This document shows, piece after piece, positions 50,622 through 59,966 of a stretch of DNA of 64,000 bases (position 1 is its first letter; every line of letters starts with the position of its first letter). The notes below the pieces were generated by a model. That model was given only the letters and a program-made list of their open reading frames with translations. It had not been told where the DNA came from and searched no databases. Position numbers and translations under genes: made by a program. Source of the stretch: an uncultured Actinomycetes bacterium. GTDB taxonomy: Bacteria > Actinomycetota > Thermoleophilia > Gaiellales > JAICJC01. Location of the stretch: positions 1,680,336 through 1,744,335 of the forward strand of contig CAVOFQ010000003.1 of the NCBI GenBank assembly GCA_963695025.1, in the 5' to 3' direction.

Positions 50622-51888
50622 ATGGCGGGTCAGGTGTTGCCGCTGGTGGTCGTGTTCATGTTCACGCTTCTGATCTTTCGCCGGCTTGGTGATCGACCTG
50701 GGCAATGCCTATCGGGTGCAGCAGGCGCTGCAGGCCTCGGCGGACGCCTCGGCCGCCGCTGGAGCCGGCCAGTTGACCCTGACATACCCGCCGCAGGTCG
50801 CGACGGCCACGTCGCAGGCGCAGAAGTACGGGTCGCAGTCGGGCGGCCAGAACCCGATCACCGGCGTCCCCGCCGGCAACGTCACCCAGACGGTCACCGT
50901 CACATGTGCGCCTCAGGCCGGCTACAACTGCAACTCGGGGTACGCCAACACGGTCACGGTCAACGAGACGGCCAGCGTGCCCACCTACTCTGCTCAAGCT
51001 GCTCGGGTTCAGCACCATCAGCCTCAACGCCCATGCGCAGGCCTGTTCACCGTGCGGTGGGGTGCCGCTGGACGTGATGATCGTGCTTGACCGCACGGGG
51101 TCGATGGCCGACAACAACAAGCTCAGCCAGGCGAAGGCGGGCATCACCGCGTTCATGAAGACCATGGACCCCACGCTTGACAACGTCGGGCTGGCCGTCC
51201 TCCCGCCGGCACCGAGCGTGGCCGCGCCCTGTGTCGATGTCGACCCGTACTTCAACGACCGTAAACGCCGAGGGCCAGTACGACGGCAGCGGGGGCACCT
51301 ACAGCCTCCCCAACGCCGCATACACACTGGTGCCGCTGTCGAACACCTATGCGTCGAGCGTCGGCAACCTCAACAACGGATCGCCCCTGATATCGACCAT
51401 CAACTGCGTCCAGGCCGGCGGGGGCACGGCCTACGCCGAGGCAATCGACGCAGCATACGCCGAACTGCAAAAGGACGGCCGCCCCAAGACGCAGAAGGTG
51501 ATCGTGTTCCTCTCCGACGGCGCGGCCAACGACGCCCCCATCTCGCTGCCGGCCACCTCGCCGTATCGAACGAACCCCTGCGGCCAAGGCGTCACCAGCG
51601 CCGGGATCGCCAAGGCCGCCAAGGTACTCGTGTACTCGATCGCCTATACCGCCAACGGAGACAACTGCTACGCCGCGGTGGGCGCGAACGTGGGCGGCAA
51701 GATCGTCACCACCTACGACGGAACCCTCGAGTCGCCGGCCATCGCCGCACAGCCAGGCCCTCCAGAGCATCGCCAGCACCGGCAACGGCACCTACTTCTA
51801 CGACCTCCCCAATCCCACGTCGCTGACCGGCATCTTCCAGCAAATCGCGGCAGACATCACCGGCGGCACCGCACGCATCGTCCAATAG
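50622..51888 (+). pseudogene. TadG-like N-terminal domain + von Willebrand A domain protein, four successive +1 frame disruptions
   Basis: MAGQVLPLVVVFMFTLLIF (frame 0). Shift near 50678: AGLVIDLGNAYRVQQALQASADASAAAGAG...NETASVPTY (frame 1). Shift near 50990: LLKLLGFSTISLNAHAQACSPCGGVPLDVMIVLDRTGSMAD (MIDAS)...DPYFND (frame 2). Shift near 51260: VNAEGQYDGSGG...GGGTAYAEAID...KVIVFLSDGAAND...TLESPAIAA (frame 0). Shift near 51750: SQALQSIASTGNGTYFYDLPNPTSLTGIFQQIAADITGGTARIVQ* (frame 1). Confidence 0.75.
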
Positions 51889-53086
51889 TCAGCACCCCGT
51901 AGCGTTCCCGGACCGCCACCCTCCTCCTTCGCGGGCGGGCCGGACCACTCGGGGGCGACCTTCGTGCTGTCGCTCGTGCTCTTCCCGACGTGATGGGCGT
52001 GGCCATCCTCCGCTATCGCCTGTACGACATGCGCCCGTCGCCGAGCGAAAGACCGCGCCCAGAACGGCGATCCCACCGAGGGTAGAGCAACGCGAGTACG
52101 GCGACCAGGCAGGTGTACACCAGGGGGTTGCGGATCACGACGTCTTGCGGCCCTCAAATCACGACGCGTGAGCGCCCGCCGCCGCGAGCTCCAGATGATC
52201 GTGGATTGCGCCCGCGACGAGATCGCGGCAGGCGCTGCTGTGCCCGTTCGCCAGCTCGAGGGCGGGTGTGAACACGGCACGGCGGGCGACTCTGCGATGG
52301 AGCTGAAGCGTCGCGGCGATGGCGCCGTGCATGCGCACGGGATCGCCCTCGGTCGCGCCCCGGACGATCCGGGCGACCAGAGCGGACGGAGTGAATTCGA
52401 TCTCGGGTGGTGAGGTCACTCCCGTCCAGTCTGGCGGCAATCGCCGCCGGAGAATCTGGGAATTGCGGTAACCCGGCCCACCAATCGTGGTATCTCCACT
52501 CGCCAGGATGCGCCGCGCACTCGAAGTCGCACAATCGCGCCGACGTGGCATGCGTCCTCACGAACGGAGGGTCGTGTGTCGGCGCCGGACGTCCAGCACA
52601 AACCAGGTCGGGCCGCTCGCGCGCCATCCAGAGAGCCCGTCGGTGCCGGCCATCGTGACCTCGACGCGGTCGCCGGCCCCGGTCTGCGATCCTACCGTCA
52701 CCCCTGCATACGGCCCCTGGGATCAGCCGACGGCGGGAACCCTGCCCCACGCGGCGGTGACCGCGATGTCGGCCATCGCCTGCGAGCGCTCGCGCGCATC
52801 CTCCGGAGTGTGCACCCGCACCGAGTGGGGCGTGTCGCCCATCGGCGAGACGACCTCGCCGTAGAGCCCGGCGGCAGCACTGCGAGCGACATCCTCGGAC
52901 GATCCCGCCGCGACCGTCACCCACCGGTTCGGGCGGAAGATGTTGAAGCGCGCCTGGGCGAACACCACATCGTCAGAGGCATCCATATCGGGGCTCACCG
53001 TAGCGACGAACCCCCGTGCTGTCGACCCCCTTTACAAACCTCTCCAACAAAATTCTCAACTCACATGGCACACGTACACTGGTTCC

Positions 53087-54121
53087 ATGTGGAGATGGGT
53101 GTTGCCGGTCGCGGTGGCCGCCGCGCTATTGATCGGATTCTTGGCGAGCCGCAACGGCCCGACCAGTCACGTCGGCGCGCACGCACCTCCCACGACCACC
53201 ACGACGCCCACGGCGCCGGGCCCGCATCTGGACGCGACCTGCGGCAGCCTGACCGGGACGGCGACCGTTCGCCACGTCGTCTGGATCTGGATGGGCGGCC
53301 AGTCCTACAAGCACATCATCGGCAAGGTACGGGAGGCGCCGTACATCAACCAGCTGGCGGGCCAGTGCGGCCTTGCGAGCGCCTACAGCACGATCACCCA
53401 CCCCGCGATCGCAAACGACGTCGGCGTCCTGGCCGGGGATTCCCACGGCCTCGTCCACAACGCCTGCTCGCCATGCATCGTCCCCGGCGCAAGCCTGCTC
53501 ACACAGGTGCCGTCGTGGCGGGCATTCATCGGCGGGATGCCGACGCCGTGCCGCAAGCTCGCCGACGAACGCGATACTCGCGCCTCTCCAACCCGCCGAT
53601 CGTACCTGACCGCTCCCCGGCTGTCCCTCGCTTCGACCTGCCTCTGGGCACACCGACCGGCTGGCCGGCTGGCCCCGCTCCTGACCGCGAACACCATGCC
53701 GGCGTTCACGATGATCGTCCCCGACGGCTGTCACGACACCGGCTTCAACAAGCACTGCGGCGGAGTGAAGAAGCGGGGCGCGTTCATCGCCCGCGGCGAC
53801 ACATGGCTGCGCACCTGGATCCCGGTGCTCACCTCATCGCTCGCCTACCGCTCGGGCTCGATGGTGATCTTCATCACCTGGAACCAGGGCACGCCGGCCA
53901 AGCCGCTCGACATCGCCTGCACCACCGGGACCCCCAGGAACGCGTGCCGGGTGCCGCTGCTGGTCATCTCGCCGTACGTGAAGGCCGGCATCAACGTGAC
54001 GACCCGGTTCAGCCACTACAGCCTGCTTCGGGCGACCGAGAAGCTGCTCGGCATCAAGACCCAGCTGGGCAACGCCGGGCGACCGGCGGCGGGCGATTTG
54101 GTGCAGGCGTTCGGCCTGTGA
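53087..54121 (+). CDS. second phosphoesterase-family (PF04185-like) exported protein; an internal approx. 35-codon stretch appears out of frame
   Basis: Part of track ORF 52940..54121, starting at ATG 53087 (MWRWVLPVAVAAALLIGFLASRNG). VRHVVWIWMGGQSYKHIIG...APYINQLAGQCGLA...MPAFTMIVPDGCHDTG...GDTWLRTWIP...MVIFITWNQG. Between about 53568 and 53670 another frame reads RYSRLSNPPIV...RFDLPLGTPTG, which fits family expectations better than the ORF frame. Confidence 0.6.
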   Translation: MWRWVLPVAVAAALLIGFLASRNGPTSHVGAHAPPTTTTTPTAPGPHLDATCGSLTGTATVRHVVWIWMGGQSYKHIIGKVREAPYINQLAGQCGLASAYSTITHPAIANDVGVLAGDSHGLVHNACSPCIVPGASLLTQVPSWRAFIGGMPTPCRKLADERDTRASPTRRSYLTAPRLSLASTCLWAHRPAGRLAPLLTANTMPAFTMIVPDGCHDTGFNKHCGGVKKRGAFIARGDTWLRTWIPVLTSSLAYRSGSMVIFITWNQGTPAKPLDIACTTGTPRNACRVPLLVISPYVKAGINVTTRFSHYSLLRATEKLLGIKTQLGNAGRPAAGDLVQAFGL

Positions 54122-55376
54122 GCCGGCGAGGGCTGGCAGCCGCCGCCGCGGCGCTGCTCGTCGCCGCCGGATGCGCCGGTGGCGGTGGCCAGAGCGGCGC
54201 ACCACGACAGGGCCGCCGCCTCCCCCGCGCCGGCCGTTCCCACCCCCGCACGGCACCGGCCTGCGCAAGCCGTGGGTCACCACCTGCGGCAGCCAGTTCG
54301 TCGACCAGAATGGCAAGCCGGTGCTCCTGCGCGGCGTCAACATGTCGGTCGGCCAGGCCACGCTCGCCCCCGCCGCGGCGGCCCTCGGCGTGAACTTCGT
54401 TCGCATCCACGTCGGCTGGGATTCGATCGAGCCCCAGCCGCCGTTGCACGGCCGCTACCGGTGGGACACCAATGTCCTCGACCCAGCTCGACCAGGAGGT
54501 CCAGGCGCTCCAGCGCCTGCACGTGAACGTCCTGATCGACTACCACCAGTTCCACTGGTCGCCCTACTTCGCCCAGGCGACATGCAAGGCGGGCAAGACC
54601 GTGTGCCGTGCCAGCGGCGTGCCGGCCTGGTTCTACTCCGGCGGCCGCTTCGCCGCCACGAAGAGCGGCGTGTCGCAGAGCCGAGGCGGCGTTCTGGAGC
54701 AGCCGAGTCGTCACTCTCGCAGGGCTACTACGCCGCATTCGTGAGCATGATGGCGGCCCGCTACGCGCGCTACCCGAACGTCGTCGGATACGAGCTCTTC
54801 AACGAGCCCCACCCCGGCCGGCTGGGCGACACGACCGGTGCGACCGACACGATGCTGCGTTGGCAGGCGGGCATCCGCGCCGCCATCCGCAAGGTCGATC
54901 CGTCCAGGACCGTGTTCATCATGTGCCGCGGCGGCGGCGAGGGCGTCGGCACCGCCAGCCTGGCGCCGTTCGGATCGCTCACGCACCTGGCCCTCGACTG
55001 GCACGACTACTTCAACGGCCTCTCGGGCGGCCTCGACGCGGCCGGGGACAACTGGGTGCCGTCATGGACGGCCACGCACAACCAGACCACCGCGAGCTAC
55101 ACCGGCAGCGAGCAGGCCCAGGCGCGCGTCCTCCAGGTGCCGCTCGAGCGTACGCGCACGTGGGGCATCCCGCTCCTCGTCGGCGAGTGGGGCATCCACA
55201 GCGGCACCCCCGGAGCCGCGGTGTACCAGACGCAGATGCTCGATCTCTTCGCCAAGGACAAGGTCAGCTGGACGCGCTGGGTGCTGACGGGCGGCGGCTT
55301 CGGCCTGCTGTCGACGAACGGCGCGCCCACCGCCGAGGCCGACCAGATCAAGGCCGCGCTGGCCGTCAGCCCCTGA
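54118..55376 (+). pseudogene. glycoside hydrolase family 5 (cellulase-like) lipoprotein, at least four frame disruptions
   Basis: GTG 54118 overlaps the upstream stop (GTGA): VSRRGLAAAAAALLVAAGC (lipobox). Shift near 54197 to ...CGSQFVDQNGKPVLLRGVNM...GVNFVRIHVGWDSIEP. Shift near 54478 to QLDQEVQALQRLHVNVLIDYHQFHWSPYF...GVPAWFY. Shift near 54683 to AEAAFWSS. Shift near 54700 to ...YYAAFVSMMAARYARYPNVVGYELFNEPHPG...LLVGEWGIHSG. Confidence 0.7.
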
Positions 55377-55472
55377 GCCGCGGCCCGAAGCGGATGCCAT
55401 CGAGCCAATGGCGGATCCGACCGATGAAGCAGGTCGAGCTAGGTGGGAGCCGATCCGCGAACGAGGGGCGAT

Positions 55473-57059
55473 TCACCCGTGCGTCGCGGCCGCGGCCCTG
55501 CCGCGCCGCCGCCGGCGCAGCGAGCCCCCCAGAAGCTCCAGCTCGACCCGGTCGCGGAACTTCCACAGGAGCCATGCGTAGCCGGCCGTGCCGACGACGA
55601 GGCAGACGATGAGCGCCGGCACTGTCGTGCCCACGGTGACCCGAAGCGCAAGTCCGAGCACGCCGTAGCAGAGCAGCGCGCTGCCGCTTGCGACCGGGAA
55701 GCCGCGGCCGAACGGGTGCACCTTCAGGAAGGCGCGCACCTCGGCCAGAGGGGCGACGTTGTTGATGACGATGCTCCCGGCCCATGCCACGGCCGCCCCG
55801 GCGATCCCGAAATGCGGGATCAGGAGCAGGCTCAGGCCGACGTTCACCGTCAGCGCCACGATCACGTTGAAGAGGTTCCAGAAGCTGCGCCCGCCCATCA
55901 GGAGCACCATGTCCACGGGCCCGATGCCCGTCGCGACCAGCATCGTGACCGCCAGGATCTCGAGCGACGACGTCCCGGAGACGTACTGGGGCTTGAACAC
56001 GCGCAGCAGCAGCGGGGCGAAGATCGCGAGGCCCAGGTACATCGGCCAGGCCATGAGCACGAGCCAGGCGGTCGCCACCTGGTAGACGTCCATCGCCCGC
56101 TTCCGGGCGCCGCTTGCCAGCAGCTCGGAGAGCTTGGGCCCGATCACCTGGATGATGGCCATGTTGACCACGCTGCCCGCGACGAGGTACCGCGTCGAGG
56201 CGGTGTAGATCGATGCGTGGGCGGTGTCCATCAGCGAGCCCACCATCAGCGTCCCCACCCAGAGCGTTGTCACCTGGAAGACGCCGGTCATCCCCCGCGG
56301 CGCCGTGAACACCCAGAACTCGCGCGCCAGCTCGCGCAACGGCGTCCCCGGCTGGGTCGCCTTCTCGCGCCGCTCGGTGCGGCGCACCAGATGGCCGAGC
56401 CAGAGCAGCGCGACGGCGAACGAGATCCCGATCGGGACGCCCCACGCGACCGCGACGGCGAAGCTGCCGCCGCCGGCCAGCACGGCGACCGCCACCGCGA
56501 GGGTCTGCACCGCCGCCTTGCCGATGCGATCGACGAGCGCGTTGGGGAGCATCGTCCCGAAGCCACGGGTCGCGGCAATGGCCACCGTGTAGGCCGACGA
56601 CAGCGGCACGAACACGGCCAGCACGCGGATGTAGGTGGCGACGGCGTCTGCCGAGGCCTGACGGTGGTTCGTGAAGATCTCGGCCAGAGGGCCGGCGAGG
56701 GCGAAGGAGATCGCCGCGAGCACCACTCCGCCGACGAACGACGGGACGAGGCCGACGCTCAGGCTGCGGCGCACGTCGGCCACCCGGCCGGCGACGCGGT
56801 AGCGCGGGATCATCCGGGTGAGGCCGGTGTCGGCTCCGAGCTCGGCCGTGTTGGACAGGATCAGAAACAGCGCCACCGCCTCGAAGAAGGCGCCCGAGGC
56901 GCTGCGGGTGAGCGCGCGCGTCACCACCACCACCATGGCGAACTGGAGCAGGCCGTTTGCGAGCGCGCCGATGAAGTTGAGCGAGCCGCCGCGGGCGACC
57001 ATGCGCAGGTCGTCGGTGCGCTCCTGGCCGGCCGTGGCCGGCGACTCCACCGCCGTCAC
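55473..57059 (-). CDS. polysaccharide biosynthesis protein / oligosaccharide flippase (Wzx, MOP superfamily)
   Basis: Track ORF 55473..57341. I start at GTG 57059, which overlaps the stop of the sulfotransferase gene (GTGA). About 12-14 hydrophobic segments. GGSLNFIGALANGLLQFAMVVVVTRAL. Confidence 0.8.
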   Translation of the reverse strand: MTAVESPATAGQERTDDLRMVARGGSLNFIGALANGLLQFAMVVVVTRALTRSASGAFFEAVALFLILSNTAELGADTGLTRMIPRYRVAGRVADVRRSLSVGLVPSFVGGVVLAAISFALAGPLAEIFTNHRQASADAVATYIRVLAVFVPLSSAYTVAIAATRGFGTMLPNALVDRIGKAAVQTLAVAVAVLAGGGSFAVAVAWGVPIGISFAVALLWLGHLVRRTERREKATQPGTPLRELAREFWVFTAPRGMTGVFQVTTLWVGTLMVGSLMDTAHASIYTASTRYLVAGSVVNMAIIQVIGPKLSELLASGARKRAMDVYQVATAWLVLMAWPMYLGLAIFAPLLLRVFKPQYVSGTSSLEILAVTMLVATGIGPVDMVLLMGGRSFWNLFNVIVALTVNVGLSLLLIPHFGIAGAAVAWAGSIVINNVAPLAEVRAFLKVHPFGRGFPVASGSALLCYGVLGLALRVTVGTTVPALIVCLVVGTAGYAWLLWKFRDRVELELLGGSLRRRRRGRAAAATHG

Positions 57060-57979
57060 GGCTCGACCTGCTCGTGCTCGGCCTCCGGCCAGCCCATCCT
57101 CATGCCCACGAACGCCTCCAGCCTCCGGTTGGGCGCGGCGAAGTGCGCCCGCAGCCGTGCCCGCGTCTCGTCCGCCATGCCCGTGGCGCGTCGGGCATTG
57201 TATGCCCGGAACTCCGGCGGGCTCTCGGGATCGGGCAGGCCGAGGAAGCGCAGGACCTCGGCATAGCCGGCCTGGGGATCGGCGAAGAACCGCTCGTAAC
57301 AGATCACCAGGGTGCGCTCGGCCGGGAAGTGCTCGCGCCATGCCGCGAGCTGGTCGGCGTACTCGCCGCGCTTGACGTAGGCGTGGTGCTGGTAGGCGCG
57401 GCTGTCGTAGGCGGGATCGGCCAGCATCCGCTCGCGCTCACCCTCGATGCGCGCCGGCTCGAGGTCGAGCGCGGCCTCGAAGGAGGCGGCGTCCTCGAAC
57501 CCGCGGGCGTACTCCTGCTGGTAGTGGGAGTAGGCCCGCTCGACCGGGTCGCGGAGCATCACGATCACGCGCGCGCCAGGCACCGCCGCCGCCGCCCGCG
57601 CCGGCCCGTGGGGGTGGAAGAGGTAGTAGGGGCTGCCCTCGCCCGTGACCGCCGGCGGGCCGGCGGAGCGCTCGCGCCGCCGCCGCTCCGCCTCCGTCGG
57701 GAAGTGTGCCCGGTACCACCGCAGGCTGCGGTCGGCGTGCTTGTCGAAGTAGTGCACGCCCTTGCTCGGCACGGCGGGCATCACCTGGGGATGGGCGGCC
57801 AGGTAGTTGTACAGCGACGTCGTACCGCTGCGCTGGGCGCCGATGATGAGGAAGTCCGGCAGCGGCCGGTGCGTGGCGGTGAGCATGCGCCAGCCGATCA
57901 GGGTCTCGCGCGCAGCGGTGATCACCGGTGCGGGCAGCCGCGAGTAGTTGTCGTTGGCCGCGCCGCGCTCGCGGGGCAT
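57056..57979 (-). CDS. sulfotransferase family protein 1
   Basis: Part of track ORF 57056..58516, starting at ATG 57979 (ATGA overlap). PDFLIIGAQRSGTTSLYNYL is the 5'-PSB PAPS motif and VIVMLRDPVERAYSHY is the 3'-PB motif. Confidence 0.85.
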   Translation of the reverse strand: MPRERGAANDNYSRLPAPVITAARETLIGWRMLTATHRPLPDFLIIGAQRSGTTSLYNYLAAHPQVMPAVPSKGVHYFDKHADRSLRWYRAHFPTEAERRRRERSAGPPAVTGEGSPYYLFHPHGPARAAAAVPGARVIVMLRDPVERAYSHYQQEYARGFEDAASFEAALDLEPARIEGERERMLADPAYDSRAYQHHAYVKRGEYADQLAAWREHFPAERTLVICYERFFADPQAGYAEVLRFLGLPDPESPPEFRAYNARRATGMADETRARLRAHFAAPNRRLEAFVGMRMGWPEAEHEQVEP

Positions 57980-58785
57980 CAGCCGGCCAGCTCCAGCGGC
58001 GTCAGGAGCACCGGCTGCTTGAGGCTGTAGCCGAACCGGTTCACCCGGTCTTCGAGCGTCTCCACGGCGGTGGCGATGTCGGTACCGGTCCCGGGGGCGC
58101 GCCGGGCCAGCGTCCAGCGGCGGAAATAGCCGTCGTTGATGCCGCCCCTCACCTCGAGGCCGCTCGGCAGCGGCTCGACACCGGCAAACCGGAACACTTC
58201 GCCAAGGCGGCGGTCGGGGTCGAAGACGAACTCCTCGTAGCGCATCACCAGGAGTTTCTCGATGTGCGACGCGTCGTCCATCAGGAGCTCGTGGCAGCGC
58301 AGCCAGTGCTCGATCAGCGACGTGTAGGACATCCGCTTCCACGTCCGCCGTGCGCGCCCGAACTGGCGCGTCGCGCCGGCCACAGCGATCGGGTGGCGGA
58401 TCAGGACGACCATGCACGAGCCGGGGAAGAGCGCCTGCAGGAACCGCGTCCGGATCAGGTTGGGCGGCGACTTCTCGACCAGCACCGGCCGCGAGGCGTC
58501 CCAGTGGCGGCCCCACTCCTCGAACAGCCGCCGGCGGCTCTCGTCGTTCACGAGCGGGGAGTCCTCGGTCAGATGGGCGCTGGGGTCGAACCCGAACCGG
58601 CCCGGCCCGCCGTGCTCGTTCGCAGGCCGGTACACGGTCTGCAGGTGCTGGCCCTCATCCTCGGTCGCACCGGTCTCGGAGAAGCCGCTCACCTGCGGAT
58701 GCTCGGCCAGACAGCGGCCGAGCAGGGTCGTGCCACTGCGGTGCAGACCGCCGATGAACACGAACGTGTGCTCATGCCAATCCAT
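57979..58785 (-). CDS. sulfotransferase family protein 2
   Basis: 268 aa. FVFIGGLHRSGTTLLGRCL (5'-PSB-like) and VVLIRHPIAV. Confidence 0.75.
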   Translation of the reverse strand: MDWHEHTFVFIGGLHRSGTTLLGRCLAEHPQVSGFSETGATEDEGQHLQTVYRPANEHGGPGRFGFDPSAHLTEDSPLVNDESRRRLFEEWGRHWDASRPVLVEKSPPNLIRTRFLQALFPGSCMVVLIRHPIAVAGATRQFGRARRTWKRMSYTSLIEHWLRCHELLMDDASHIEKLLVMRYEEFVFDPDRRLGEVFRFAGVEPLPSGLEVRGGINDGYFRRWTLARRAPGTGTDIATAVETLEDRVNRFGYSLKQPVLLTPLELAG

Positions 58786-58789
58786 CTGT

Positions 58790-59029
58790 TCAAGCCGGGA
58801 CGAGCGCCCGTCGCCGAGGTCGGGCAGGCGACGCCTCGCCCACCGGTTCCGGTGCCTCTGCCGTCATCATCGCACGGTAGGTGATCGCAGCGGCCACCAG
58901 CATGATCGGCAGGCGCTCGGTGACGTCGTAGTAGGGCACCTGCAGCATGGCGACCAGCAGCCAGCCCCCCGGCAGCACCCAGCCCGAGGGCAGGTTCTGG
59001 TTGATCCGCGCGGCGGGGGCTCTAAGCAT
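58790..59029 (-). CDS. small hydrophobic hypothetical protein
   Basis: 79-aa track ORF. 8-nt overlap with the upstream sulfotransferase stop. G/C-rich third positions. WVLPGGWLLVAMLQ...LPIMLVAAAITY. Confidence 0.35.
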   Translation of the reverse strand: MLRAPAARINQNLPSGWVLPGGWLLVAMLQVPYYDVTERLPIMLVAAAITYRAMMTAEAPEPVGEASPARPRRRALVPA

Positions 59030-59966
59030 GGTGCCGGAGATAGCCGTAGCGAAGCAGCAGCGGCCAGGTCACCAGCACCACGAGGGAGCGTGTCTTTCGG
59101 GCCATGCCGGTGCGCCAGGCCTCGTCGGGCCGCACCTGCTGGCGGCCGTGGGCAAAGCGCATCGGGTTTCCGCGCACGCTGTGCTGCCCCGAGACGTGCA
59201 CCGAGTCGGCCCCGATCGCCGAGAGGTCGTGCCGGCCCGGCTCGCCCATCGCCGCGAACATCCGCTCGAGCTCGCCGCGCGGGTCGGCTGCGAGCGACTC
59301 GTAGCGCATCCGCACCGTCGGCGCACCGACGCGCCGCAGGAACTCGAAGGCCAGGTTGCACTGCATCCAGCGCACACCCGCCGAGACCGGCGAGAACTCC
59401 TGGAAGTAGGCCTCGCCGGCGATCACCTCGGGGCGCGCGACCCGCTTGGCCCACGAGTACACGACGCCGCGGCTGTCGCGCACCAGGTGCACCACGCGCA
59501 GGGCGATCCCCGAGCCCGCCGCAGCGCGCAGGAAGTACGCGTACGGCGGGTTCTTGGTCGAATCGACCACGACCTGCGCTCCCGACACGGTCAGGATGCC
59601 GCGATAGAGCTGCGCGGTCAGGTCGGCGTAGCGGCGCACGGCCTGTGCGTGGCCGGACGCGAGCCGGCCCAGCGCCAGAAGCGGGATCCTGCGGTGGGCG
59701 AGGACCGTGGACTCGAGCCGCAGGATCTCGTCGGTGTCCACCTTGTCCCAGCCGCCGAAGGCCGCATCCCCGACCGCCGCCCAGAATGGGCAGTCGGCGA
59801 ACTGCAGGCCGCATCCGCACAGCTCGTTCGCGCCGGGCCCGGCCTGCCACACGTAGCGCAGCTCACCGACCGACACGAACCCCGGCACCTCGCCCAGAAC
59901 GTGCGCGAGCAGGGTCGAACCGCTCCGCCCCCAGCCGCCGATGTAGAGCACCGGAACGTCGGTCAT
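59022..59966 (-). CDS. sulfotransferase family protein 3
   Basis: 314 aa. VLYIGGWGRSGSTLLAHVL (5'-PSB-like) and VVHLVRDSRGVVYSW (3'-PB-like). ATGA overlap with the upstream gene. Confidence 0.8.
   Translation of the reverse strand: MTDVPVLYIGGWGRSGSTLLAHVLGEVPGFVSVGELRYVWQAGPGANELCGCGLQFADCPFWAAVGDAAFGGWDKVDTDEILRLESTVLAHRRIPLLALGRLASGHAQAVRRYADLTAQLYRGILTVSGAQVVVDSTKNPPYAYFLRAAAGSGIALRVVHLVRDSRGVVYSWAKRVARPEVIAGEAYFQEFSPVSAGVRWMQCNLAFEFLRRVGAPTVRMRYESLAADPRGELERMFAAMGEPGRHDLSAIGADSVHVSGQHSVRGNPMRFAHGRQQVRPDEAWRTGMARKTRSLVVLVTWPLLLRYGYLRHHA

Noticed and set aside
52480-52560. DPPF tetrapeptide in a minus-strand frame (…PTHDPPFVRTH…), considered as motif IV of a DNA/RNA methyltransferase and hence a possible restriction-modification relic.
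   Set aside because: No AdoMet-binding motif (FxGxG) or other methyltransferase blocks in any frame nearby. A single tetrapeptide is insufficient.
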